From a bacterium (GTDB lineage: Bacteria; UBA8248): a DNA stretch of 64,000 bases. Below, one piece after another: positions 35,058 through 48,262 of the stretch (its first letter is position 1; each line of letters opens with the position of its first letter). Position numbers and translations under genes: made by a program. The stretch covers positions 1,088,001-1,152,000 of the forward strand of contig CBDBZY010000064.1 in the NCBI GenBank assembly GCA_965213685.1, read 5' to 3'. The notes below the pieces were generated by a model, which did no database searches, was not told where the DNA came from, and saw only the letters and a list, made by a program, of their open reading frames with translations.

Positions 35058-36279
35058 GCATTGACCACACACCCAGATGTCTGGGCAGAGCCAGTTTTAG
35101 ATGTATCACATCCTACACCATCATTGCATAACTTACCTGTCACTCTCCCTGTATATGATGAGTGACTGAATTTACCAATTCTTCTTTGCCCCTCAACCTC
35201 AGTGGCATTTAACCTTCCTAACCTCCCACAAATCGGATATGTATTCTTTCACAATGTTTTCTTCCCATAGTTCACATCCTAGCACAAATGAAGTCTTCTC
35301 AACATCACTCAAAGAATCAAAACCCTTCAAAGTCTCTCCTAGCAAGTTCATAAGTAGCTATAAATGCATACCTACTGTCTTTATACACTGGACACTCCCA
35401 AAGAACATGAACCACACTCTCACACTCAAAAGCATCACATAGTGTACACTCTGTCTTGCTCCCCTGTAGCAATGAGCTTCTATCAGGTTATCAAGTATTG
35501 CTCCATTCAATGGTGGAAATGAAGACTACGACTAATGTAGTACATTTAACAAATGGCAAAAATGGAATTGAACACATCTGACTTTCTCAAGTGGCCTTGT
35601 TGAACAGACCTTACAATAAAAGGAGAGGAAGATGGTTTGCAAATTGTCTGGCAAGTTTTCCTTTGTAATATCGTACAACTTCTTATACATAAAACAACTG
35701 ATGTTCTTTCATGTGTACTATTCATGGGATGATCCCTATATACTCATTTGGATATCCAATGTCCAGACCATATTAATCAAGTACTGACAAGCATAAGGAC
35801 AAAAAGCAATGAAAAGCACTAAGGTGCAAACCCTCGGCGCAGTTGCATTGCATGGTACAACAGCCTGCACAGATGAAGCAAGCATTATTGGTGTAAGTTC
35901 ACTCAATTGGGCTCCTAGTGTCCTGCCTTGTCTGGCATTTTGTTCACGTTGCAATGTTTCGTATACTCTCCGTTTCACGTCCGTACAGCCAGTGCGATAA
36001 TGGTCCCGCGTAAGCACATGCGTGTACTAGACTCTAGCATGTGCACATGTATACGCATACAACAAAAACTGACATACATGTAGTACAGTAACAATCATAT
36101 AACTTGGTGAGGCTAACTGGTTGCTACATATACTAGCTTTGTGTAGCTACTAGTCATTGGTCACCATTCAAGTGCATATATACATGTATATATATATAGC
36201 ATCATCAAACAAACAGGGTTAGTACAAACAACGTAAAATCTACACAAACTCTGGTGACAGCTTTGTACGAAACGTGCAC

Positions 36280-37560
36280 CTATACGAGTGTTCCTTCAAC
36301 TGGGTCTATTGCATATGCATTACTAAGTCTCCTCTCTGTTGGTACTGTAGAAGTGTCTCCCTCTTCCCTTGCAATTATCTCAACAGTCATTTGGCTCTGT
36401 GCGGGAACCCTAGAAGTGTCTCCATCTTGTGAGAGTAACTCAATGGAAGTTAATCTGGTCGTTTGACATTGGCTCTGCATTGGTGCTTGTGAGTCTGACG
36501 ATTCTTCCTGCGTTACCCCAGCACAGAAGTGTCCACATGTAAGAATGTAAATAAAATAATAAGGATAGCGACGAATGCTACGCCTTGTCAGAGACTGAAT
36601 GATAGGGTTGATTGCAGCATTTGAAATTATAGTGACAAAACCTATTAGGGGAATGGCTGGTGGAATATTCTCATAACCAACAAAGAATCCTGCAAAAACT
36701 ATTAAAATACCAGGAGTAAAGCAGACCAGTTGTGAAACAAGCAAGAGCGAGAATACTCTTGTAAGAGTTCTCTCATGTTGCTGTTTCTTTACATTCAGTT
36801 CAAAAAGATCTTGTCGTGTTATGGTAAATTGTTTTTGCCTCTTATGTCTTCTCTTTAAGAAGCGCTTCACGTATATCCAAGTCCATAAAGTGAACACGAT
36901 AATAGCTGTAATTGGTAGCAGAGCTTCAATGCCCACTACCACAACATACACTCGTTGTCCTATCCATCCAAAAGTGCAAACTCCCAGGGTGTCTGAATAT
37001 CTCAGCTCACCAAATCCATACAAGGGAGTAGAAGCAAGAATAAGGGGCACAATAGAGACAATGCTTGCCAAAAGAAGAGCCCTCCATGGTTTCATCCACT
37101 GCTCATACTTCACAGCAAACACAATGTAAAGGAAGCGGTCAAATGACACCAGTGCTAGCAGATGAATGGTTAGAAACAGGAATACAGACAGAAAAAGACC
37201 AACGGCTGTACACACTCCCTGTCTAGTCTCGTCTGTGTCTCCGAATATCCACCCTCCTCCAATCAACGCAGCCGTGTAAAACGGTATAGACAAAAGTGCT
37301 TCCAGAAAATCAACTACACCTAGTCCTAGTAGAAACACTGATGACGGCTGTTGTAGCAGTTTTCTGTCCTTTATAAATATGCCAATCACCAAAATGTTCC
37401 ACGAGAAGGCCAAGACAAAGATGACAACGTACGCGAGGGCAATAACCCCGGCAACGGGTTCACTGTGCGGTATCTGCCACATACACTCGTTCAGGCGTGA
37501 AGAGATCTCACATCCACAACCTCCCGAGCCATTCTTCCAGTCACAGCCAGAGACATTCAT
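36280..37560 (-). CDS. Intronless rhodopsin-class (class A) orphan GPCR, 426 aa
   Basis: Single ORF with seven hydrophobic helices, TM1 Asn (WNILV), TM2 Asp (VVDFL), WIFG..C, SFDRF, TM6 CFTP and TM7 SNAAINPIIQ. Confidence 0.93.
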   Translation of the reverse strand: MNVSGCDWKNGSGGCGCEISSRLNECMWQIPHSEPVAGVIALAYVVIFVLAFSWNILVIGIFIKDRKLLQQPSSVFLLGLGVVDFLEALLSIPFYTAALIGGGWIFGDTDETRQGVCTAVGLFLSVFLFLTIHLLALVSFDRFLYIVFAVKYEQWMKPWRALLLASIVSIVPLILASTPLYGFGELRYSDTLGVCTFGWIGQRVYVVVVGIEALLPITAIIVFTLWTWIYVKRFLKRRHKRQKQFTITRQDLFELNVKKQQHERTLTRVFSLLLVSQLVCFTPGILIVFAGFFVGYENIPPAIPLIGFVTIISNAAINPIIQSLTRRSIRRYPYYFIYILTCGHFCAGVTQEESSDSQAPMQSQCQTTRLTSIELLSQDGDTSRVPAQSQMTVEIIAREEGDTSTVPTERRLSNAYAIDPVEGTLV

Positions 37561-38590
37561 TTTGTAACAGTACTAGTGGGATGATGACCTTCGGCGGACG
37601 TCGTACCTAATGAATACACGCAAGTCTCGATCCCGGCCATATCCCGTCCCCACCCCGTCACGTGCGCCCACACGGAATCTAGATATCTCGTTATGAGATT
37701 AAAATTGCGGGTTCATCCCAAGCTAAGTGCCGCGTTAACCCTCTCTTCGCGCACTTTCACAGCCACTGAAACACAAGTATGCAGCACCTCGAGGTAAAGA
37801 AAGTAGATGTCTAATACTGGTATAGCTTCATACGCAAAATGCGCATTTTGGCCCATGTGTAGCGGCGTAGGGGGAAGTAGACTGTCAAAACTAAGAGCTC
37901 TTCTCACACGTTTGAAGTAACGGAGGACAGAGGCCTAAATTTGCAGGGTTCATAGAGAGGGTTGCACCTGGGATTCCCCCCTGAAAATCTCTAACATCAT
38001 TAGATTTTAAGCATTGTGATAGCAGACGGGAATTGGTAGAGCATCCGTTTCCATAGGAATTTATAGCTACTCACGAGTCGGCTTAGTTCATACAAATTGT
38101 GGCACTGCAGAAAGTGTTGCACAATCCTAATTTGTGTTACAAACTAATTGGCTGCTTAGTACTTCGAGTCAGTGTTTGGTGCAATGTGAGCTTTGATCTA
38201 AAATACCAAAGGATCTAACACAGACTGCCAGTTGTGCTTACAGAATTATTCTGAGCTCCAGTTATCTCTAATTGTGCATGATTATGATGGCACAAGTACA
38301 CGTACACAGATGGAGTGCAGTGATGTGAATCAGTAAATAGGTTTAAGATAAGTCAATGGAGAGAGTGATATGTACTTCTGGCAGCTGTGGAGGAGCCTGC
38401 AAGGATATTGTGAACATCACTTTTCGAACTTTGTGTATACGTCTTTTGTGAGCGTATAGTGAAGAATGGAGCTGGGAATGGATGTGGTACAAGCCATATA
38501 ATAAGAAGTATCAGCATTCCTGAAGTTCCAGATAACTTTCACATTGAGATACTATACAATGAAGCACTTAATAACTCTAAATGTTGTAAT

Positions 38591-39770
38591 CAGAGAGTCG
38601 GTAGACTCTCTATGTAGGGATGGCGCCGACACGCCCATAGTGCGTGTACATAGGAAAGCCTCCTTAACTCGCGAACGCTCGCGTTCTAAGCCTTTCTGGG
38701 CCCCTAGCTATTCTATTCCAGTGGTTCGCTACCCAACAATACCCCCCAAGTAGCTAAAATGCATCCCTTGACTTACTACCAGAAAACTCTCCAAAGGTCG
38801 TTTTGTCTTTCTTCCTATTCTTCTTCTTCTTCTTCTTCTTAAGAGACTTCTTTAGACTAACGTATCTCAAAACTGGCTGAAGTAATCACCGTAGTTCTTT
38901 CACGGATCCACTGTAATCACTACCAAGTACGATCTGTGCTAATAAAACTCTTAGTACGTTCCCAAATGGGCAGAAACTAGAAGTCCCCGACAACTTCCCA
39001 TATTTGGGAAACCATTTTGTAATAGTTACTGTCACGTGGCGCAAACGGTAAGCACGTGAGGGCGGGCCTCGCGAAGCGTTAAGCCACGCCTATTAATTAT
39101 AGGTTCGCGAGACGTAGCAAAGGCTGCTTCATATCTGATGGCGCGTTCGAGCTGCGTCTTACTTCACTATACTATTATGTAGCGGGGATGAGTTGGCCAG
39201 TTAGATACAGTGAGGTACATATGTAGCTACTCTAGCTCAAGAATTTTTAGAGGGGCTCAGCCCCCCAACTTCAGAAATGATGGTGTTCAAGCCCCGCCTT
39301 AGCAATGGCTCTTATGACCACTGATTTGTTTGCTGGAATCTGAAAGAAGCTTCAGTGGCAAGAACAATCTACCTTTTAATGGTACCCTTGTGCTAAAAAA
39401 GGGATGCAAACAAGTATATAAAACATTTTCAAAAAATGTATAGGGATGTAGGGATGGCCATGCCAAAAACTACAGAAACTAGGTGTAGGGATGGCAGTGT
39501 GCAGGGAAGACATGTTATACAAAGACTACACAACTAACCCCATCCCTACATCTTTTTTTTTGGCTCAAAAATTGCTCTTCCCAGTAATCTTGTAGCAAAA
39601 CTCGCAGAATGATTTCAGATATAAAAAAAGATGTAGGGATGGGGTTAGTTGTGTAGTCTTTGTATAACATGTCTTCCCTGCACACTGCCATCCCTACACC
39701 TAGTTTCTGTAGTTTTTGGCATGGCCATCCCTACATCCCTATACATTTTTTGAAAATGTTTTATATACTT
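38591..39770 (+). mobile_element. Hairpin-ended ~1.2-kb repeat, copy B
   Basis: Same start and end as 13679-14866. Perfect inverted repeat at 39412-39559 / 39623-39770, with TAAT on both flanks. Confidence 0.8.
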
Positions 39771-40739
39771 TAATTACATGTTTGCATATAACTCTATTAT
39801 CCAAAAGGGACTGGAGACAAGTAAATTGAAAAGATTGCAAATTGCGGAGGGGAGGGATTACATGAAAAGGTATGGAGACATGGCCTGGATGCAGAGTACA
39901 TGCTATAATAGACATGGGAACAATGACACGAGTATGCCATGTCTGATTACGTAATACAAGCCCACTGTTGAGCAGGTCCATATAGGAGTACCACCTAGGA
40001 AATCACAGTTCTGCATATGTGGAAATATGACAGAGACAACTAATGACCACGAACAGCACCACGAAAAGGATCAAAATACCTGTTGTTACACTCATTGTGC
40101 AATCCCTATATTACCCTCCATAAGTTGTGTCACGCCGTAGACGGTCCCCCGCCAAAGTTGGTCCCCCCGGACCATCCGTGGCTGCCGTATCTGGTCCCCT
40201 CTTGCCGTACTTGGTCCCACCCTCCTATTTTCTAATAATGGCTTTATAATAATTATTGTCTTTTGGATTGTGTTGTGTTGTTATACCGTTTGTTTGTTGT
40301 ACTGCCAGGCCTACATTGATAATGTTAACCGAATGTAACCGAAGCACGTCAGCTGTACTGCGAAAGGCTAGGTCAAAGGTAGAAGCGATCCAATGAGATC
40401 CATGATGATCCCAGGCGCAAGTTCTACCGCTGGTGCTTCACTTTACTGAAGATCCAGTCATGGATGCCAAGACAGAGTTGCTGCAGAATGCTGTGTTAGT
40501 GTTTCATCTTTTGCTTGGAAAGTCATCTTGGTTTTGGAGTCATCTTGGTTTTGTACAGCATGTTCACAAAGGAAGTGATTGCTTTTGTAACCTACAGCAT
40601 TGTTGTAGTGGTAAATGTTGCATATGATTTACAAACTCTACAATTCATTAATTAACGAGTTATGATCAAGCAACTACATACATGTAGTAGGTTCACATTA
40701 ACTGGCATTCGTCTGCAACTCGCGCTGTACTAATAAGAA

Positions 40740-42400
40740 TGAGCAACCTTTATGCAGATACCAAAACCTTCTGGAAATCTGTGAAACTTTTAAACAAAAA
40801 TCGGGATACCATACCACCCCTGCAATGTTCTGATGATATATTTGCTGCAAGTGACAGAGACAAGGCAAATATGTTAAATGATTTCTTTGCTACATGCTGG
40901 AACATATCTCAACCCCCTCTAAGTGAGGATATGTTCTGCGCAATGCTCTCTGATATTCCACATGAATGTACAGTGTCTCCTGATGAAGTTTTGAAATGCC
41001 TCAATGTAAAAAAGGCAAGTTTGATGGTGTAGATGGAATATCAGCATATATGTTCAAAGCAACAGCTGAAAGCATAGCCTCTCCTCTAGCAAAAGTCTTT
41101 AGCCTGTCTCTCTTCTGTAAAGTTCCCTATGCTGTGGAAGTCAGCTCGTGTTGTTCCCATCCTAAAGTCAGGCAACAGATCAGATGTATCTAGCTACAGA
41201 CCAATTTCTCTGCTACCTATTGTTAGCAAGATGCTGGAAAGATATGTGTACACATTACTGTGGGATCATCTGATCAATCATGCTCCTCTCTCTGTCAATC
41301 AATGGGGCTTTCAATCAGGAAGGTCCACTGTAACATCACTACTTGCAACTTCTCATGATTGGCATAGATTTCTGGATCAGCGGAAGGATGTCATGTGCAT
41401 CTTCCTTGACTTTCGGAAAGCCTTTGATACTGTTCCCCATCACAGACTCATGACAAGACTGGTTGAACTTGGAATACACCCTACTCTTTTAGCTTGGCTG
41501 TGTAGCTATCTGAGCAGAATATGTCAACATGTTGTAAATGGTCAATCCTCCTCATAATACGTACTATCAGGTGTACCACAAGGCTCTGTTTTAGGGCAAC
41601 ATCTCTATGTGGACGTCAATTAATCTGATGTCTCTGAATACTGAGAAGTGCAAATGTATGCTGTTAACAAATAAAAGGAACTCCGACAACCCACCACTTT
41701 TGCTGAACAATAAAGTTCTTGAACAGGTAAAACAATACAAATATCTTGGTGTCACCTTTCATCTATCCTTCGCTGTTCCCCACATATTGAGCGAATTTGC
41801 AAATCTGCAAGAAAGAAGTTGGGAAAAATTTATAGAAACTTTTCAAACACTTCCTCATCACCTCACGTTATTCTACATCTGTATTTGTCACTCATTTGTC
41901 CATCACTTGAGTACGCTTCTCAGGTCTGGGACCCCCACTCATCAAAGGACGTTAAGGTTCTTGAGAACATTCAAAAGTTTGCTTTGAGGATTGCCACAAA
42001 ACAGTACTATGAAAGATGAAATTTTACTTAACACATTTCAGCTCCCATCTTTGGCAAACAGAAGGAACTTCTTATCATTATGTACATTTTTTAGTATTGT
42101 AAACGATTTTGTTTATTTTCCACCACTACAAGGTACACCAAAACCTCTTCAAACTCACCATCCTCACCGGCACCACCATCACCGAGCACTCATGGTCCCT
42201 TTTGCCAACCATACCACTTTGTTATCATCATTTCTTTTTAAATGTGCCAAGCTTTGGAATAACCTACCTCATGATGCTGTCTCAGCCAGTAATATACGTA
42301 ATTGTTACTTATATCTCCTTAATGTATTTATTGTTTTGGTTGCACTTGTATATTAGCTTACAGCTATTAGTGCTGCCTTGCCATGTGCAGAAAGTTATTA
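40740..42400 (+). mobile_element. L2/CR1-group LINE ORF2, frameshifted and internally deleted
   Basis: FWKSVK, DKANMLNDFF, YRPISLLPIVSKMLE, QWGFQSGRST, FLDFRKAFDTVPH, SGVPQGSVLG, LNTEKCKCM, LEYASQVWDP and LWNNLP. Confidence 0.9.
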
Positions 42401-42669
42401 TAAAGAACTTTATGGGGTACGTAACTGCCAAGGCAACAACATACAAGCTCCAGTAAGAATGAACGAGCTTTTGATACAAGGGTGGGGGGCCACTTACGGC
42501 GCCACGGACGGTCCTAGGGGGGACCAAATATTCCGCCGTGGACGGTCCGGGGAGACCAAGTATTCTACTGTGGACGGTCCGAGGGGCGAATTTTTATCTG
42601 ACGCACCCCTTTCGAACTTTATAGAAATGCTTTAGCGTGAGGTCAAGGTTCACAATAAAGTTTGGAGGT

Positions 42670-43290
42670 GCGCGCAGCCGCAGTTGCAGCTACTACGAGA
42701 CGAAAGAGACACTTTCTCTGATGGAACTTTCTACTGGCCTTGTTGCAGCTAGACCATGGGCGTATGCACGTGGCAGAGCGGACGGATACTCTTCTACTGA
42801 GTCGTTTCCTATCTGAGATGGTGGGATGGGTAGCCCTTTCAGTACATGTTGCCGACAGCTACAGGTCAGGTGGAGGACAAGAAGCTGCAGGAACACTGCC
42901 TGAACGCTCTTTGTGTTTTTATGGGTACGGTGGGCATTATCTGGGGTCGAATGTTCACTGATGGATGCGTCAAGGGAAGTAGGACAGGGCTGCGCGACAG
43001 CTACTACGAGACGAAGGAGACATTTTCTCTGATGGTGTTTAAGTTTTGAATATCGACGGGAGGCACAAACCTGCTTATTCTCGCGAGACTAAAACCTGCT
43101 ATGCTGAACTTCTACTGGCCTTGTTGCAGCTAGACGTCACGTGGCAGAGCAGACGGATACTCTTCTACCGAGTCGCTTCCTATCTGTCATGGCAGGATGG
43201 ATAGCCCCTTCAGCACATGTTGCCGACTGCTACAGGTCAGGTAGAGGACAAGGAGCTGCAGGAACACTGCCTGAACGCTGTTTGTTTTTG
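42670..43290 (+). repeat. Imperfect tandem duplication (~330-bp spacing)
   Basis: CAGCTACTACGAGACGAA..CTTCTACTGGCCTTGTTGCAGCTAGAC..GGAACACTGCCTGAACGCT occurs twice. Confidence 0.8.
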
Positions 43291-44288
43291 TATGTTCGGT
43301 TGATTTATATTTTAATTATCATGCATACCCCACAGCTGGCACAGGTCAGTCACTACATGAACTATAAGGGCTTTTTGTATTGTATACCACCATCTGCATT
43401 ACTTATCTCCTCTCACTGGGGGCTAGTAAACTTTAGTCACTTTGGTCAGTGTGTTTATAACACAGACAACATGATGTGACAGGTGAGCTTCTTGTTTCTT
43501 ACATGGGGGGTAAGAGTGGGGGGGGGGGACAGCAGGAGTGGCCATATCCCCCCACTTTTCAGCTATTGTACAGTGCTCCACAGGAAGAGACCGAAAACCA
43601 CTTTTTTCAACATTCTGTGCATTTATTCTGTGATGGTACATGGTAGTGGGACAAGCTCTATATCAAACTAATCCTCCAACATTGGGGAATAATTGGATAC
43701 GTTATCATCTTGTCATGTGACTTTCACGTGGAGAAAATGGCAGTGACATCAACACAATTCGGGAGGACGATTTAGGCATGGGATTTTTCTAAACATAGGA
43801 GTTAAGGTCTGAAAATGCGGCACAGTATTTATACTCATAAGTAGTATATGTGAACCCACTTTCATCAAGCAGACCCCAGCCACTTCTGCATGGCGACGGA
43901 AAATGGTGGTTTCGGAGGACCTCTGGCGTTAGGCACGGGAAATGGTCAATACTAGTAGTTAGGCCCAAACCTTTATGTATGCATTCTAAAGTCCTTATAC
44001 TTTCATCGCATACTAACCTTCATTTGCACTCTCGAAGTGTATTCCCACGAGCGCACCGGGGGGAGCAATAATGGGCAATTTTGGGGGGCCCGGACCATTT
44101 ATCGCGTGACAGCAATTTTCACCAGCTCGTATTTGCAAGAATTGTACGAAGCCAGATCACCTGTACCACACTTACTGTCAGTACTCACATTGCAGGCGAT
44201 GTGAAGGTTACGAGGAACAGGAGGAGAGCGAGGAGTGGTTTCAAGTCGTTCCAATTGTTGCTCACCTAACGCGTTGGTACAGAGCGTC

Positions 44289-45360
<1,072 letters not shown>

Positions 45361-47463
45361 TCTAAGTTCTGCATTTTGTTTGTTTTAACTCACTTGCTAC
45401 CCAAGAAGACATAAACATCATGAGAGTACAACAAATGCCTAGCTCTGATCCAAGAACAACATAGGTCACGATAACGCTTAGCGCATGCGGTTAAAGGGTC
45501 AAAGGTCGATGGTCACTTTCCTGTCGCCTGTTAAATATCGAAGGTGAACTAGTGCAGCAAAGAGGCTTAGCTCTCTCTCCAGATTGCACGAACGTGAGCT
45601 ATGTACATATCACACCTACGGTAGTAGGTGTATATAGGGATTGCTCAGCATCAAACCTGTACATTTGCTATTTTCACTTTCATTATGGAAGCAATCTGTG
45701 GTATCCAAGTTAAGAGCATGCCAAATGTTAAGTGTACCTCAAAAAGTGTGAGAACATATGATAATGAGGCAGGTTATACACTACCAGTCAAAAAGAATTG
45801 AACACCCACCAGAAATAGCTTTGATGCACTGATTCTAGTGTTCAGTCTGTACTCTGTGCAGGTAGCTGTGCATAAGGGTACTAGATGTCATATGGCTTCA
45901 CTGTCTGTATTGAGTGTCCTCACCCACACACATTAGTGCGCTATCCCACTGCTTTGCAATACTGCAATAAATCCCAAAGATTCTTCTCAAACAAGTACAG
46001 TGTTTCACACTAGAAGAGTACACTGGCCACTTTTTTACATTTTGTCACATATCTCCAAGGCCCTACAAGTAGTTGACACAAGTGACATATCAAAGTGATC
46101 TCCAAGGTTGGCTGTTTAATTTTATTATGATAATATGTTGTCACGTGACAGTCAGCTGCTGTGATAAGGCTCCAAAGATCGCGAAGAAAATTAGCGCACG
46201 GGGGAAACGAGACCCTCACGTAGCCACCGCTTGCATATAAAGCACACACACACATGTACATACATAAAGAGGGACCATCAGTCTGAACCACAGACACTAA
46301 TAGTAGTGGTAAATTGTAGACATGTAGTAATATCTCCAGTGTAAGTTATCACATAGTTTGTTTTGTTTCTTCTGTTCTGTTTTGTTTTGTTTTGTTTTCT
46401 TCCTCTTCTTCTGCTTCTTATGGTTTTCTATCTTGTTGCATTGTAATTTATTATTTGTCATTTTGTTTGCTTTTTTGGTTATAATATTCTCACCCTTCCA
46501 CCTTTGTGTTTCATTCCTCTGTACTGACTGCCATTATATTTTAGTTATCACATTTACATTTCTTACCAGTGCACTATTAACTCGAAGTGCTATACACCTT
46601 ATAATTAATGCCTGGATCTCTGCTAAAACCAGGCAAAAAAAGAGAGGGGACAAGTAAATGAAAAACATTTTGTAAATTGTGGAAGGGTATAATATGGATT
46701 GCATAAAAAGGAATGGAGACAAGACCCAGATGCAGAGCACACACCATAATGCACTGGGTTTCATGGGAATAGTGATGACATGATGAACATGTAATGTCTG
46801 ATTATGCAATACAAGCCCTATATTGTTGAGCAGAGCTGTACAGGAATATCAGTTAGGAAATTACACCTTTGTACATGTGGAAAGACAACTGACACTGAAC
46901 AGTACATCGGGAACATGTTCATTTCTATTACACTCACATTGTGAAACAACCCACTGAAGTACACCCAAATGTGTTATGAGCTTATGTAAATGCATAATGA
47001 TCCAACTGATCAAGTGAATGCACGCAAGGATTGTAGATACAATACCCGTGTAATAAAACATGCATGTATACTGTAGCATTTCCCATAGCAGCTTTGTAGG
47101 TAACTGCTCATAAAGAAAGGGCATTGTTTAGTAACTAATGACATTCTTTAGTAAGCAATCCTGGTAAGATAGCATACCACGACATTGTATGTATACAAAT
47201 GAAAAATGGCAATTTTGCTACAAACAGCGCCCCATACTTGTATTGCATAATCAGACATGGTATGTTTTTCATGTCATCACTGTTCCCATGAAACCCAGTG
47301 CATTATATATGGTACAATGTAAAACAAACGAAAGTAAAAAGGGAAACACAACAACAAAACAATTAAAAATATGAGAAATATGCAAGAGAAAATATGAGAA
47401 ATAAGCAACAGACGGAAGAAGTCCACCCCTCACACACCACCAATTATTATTATTATTACCAGG

Positions 47464-47720
47464 AGCCCATAAGCGCCGCAAAGCGGCGCCAAGGAGCGTC
47501 CAACACCGCATGATAGCGTGGAACAGCGATGTACTAACCACAGCAGCCAGGTTATGCCCTTATTTGGATCGCAGTTACGTAACAGCTACTACAGAGGGTA
47601 CACAAGTGTACAACTACTACTGTAGCAACTGCCCTATATGGTCAATACTGAGAGCCTGTTTAGGACATCGCTGTTCTCCGTAGTACGCTCCTTGGCGCCG
47701 CTTTGCGGCGCTTATGGGCT
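47464..47720. mobile_element. Short element with a perfect 36-bp GC-rich inverted repeat
   Basis: AGCCCATAAGCGCCGCAAAGCGGCGCCAAGGAGCGT (47464-47499) has an exact reverse complement at 47685-47720. Confidence 0.8.
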
Positions 47721-48000
47721 TTTTTTTTTTTTTTTTTTTTTTTTTCTATACAAGTGAGATAAGAAGTACAGTACAAAGATATGGGAGGCAACATGTAAAT
47801 AGCTGTAAGCTAATACAAGACATGAGCCCAGTGCAGTAAGTTATGCTTAAAAACAGAAACAGATGATGATGATCTTATGTCTACTGGTAAAGTATTCCAA
47901 ACAGTAATAACGCTAGGTACATATGAAAAATAGAAGTAGTTGGTGCGAGAATGGAGTCTGTGAAATACAGATGAATTGTTTCTCTGTGACAAATGCTGGT
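47721..48000 (-). mobile_element. Short LINE 3' end with poly(A) tail
   Basis: HSRTNYFYFSYVPSVITVWNTLP..SSVSVFK (L2/CR1 C-terminus), 3' UTR, and poly-T on the plus strand at 47720-47745. Confidence 0.75.
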
Positions 48001-48058
48001 GGGCTCCTGTTATTACCAATCCATATATACACCTACTACCGTAGGTGTGATGATGATA

Positions 48059-48262
<204 letters not shown>

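Noticed and set aside
36280-37560. Opsin
   Set aside because: The position equivalent to the retinal-binding Lys in TM7 is Ile (ISNAAINP).
40128-44111. Single Ginger-like element bounded by TGTCACG..CGTGACA
   Set aside because: Flanks (GTTG vs GCAA) are not a TSD; GGTCCCC-rich ends are present but cannot be paired confidently.
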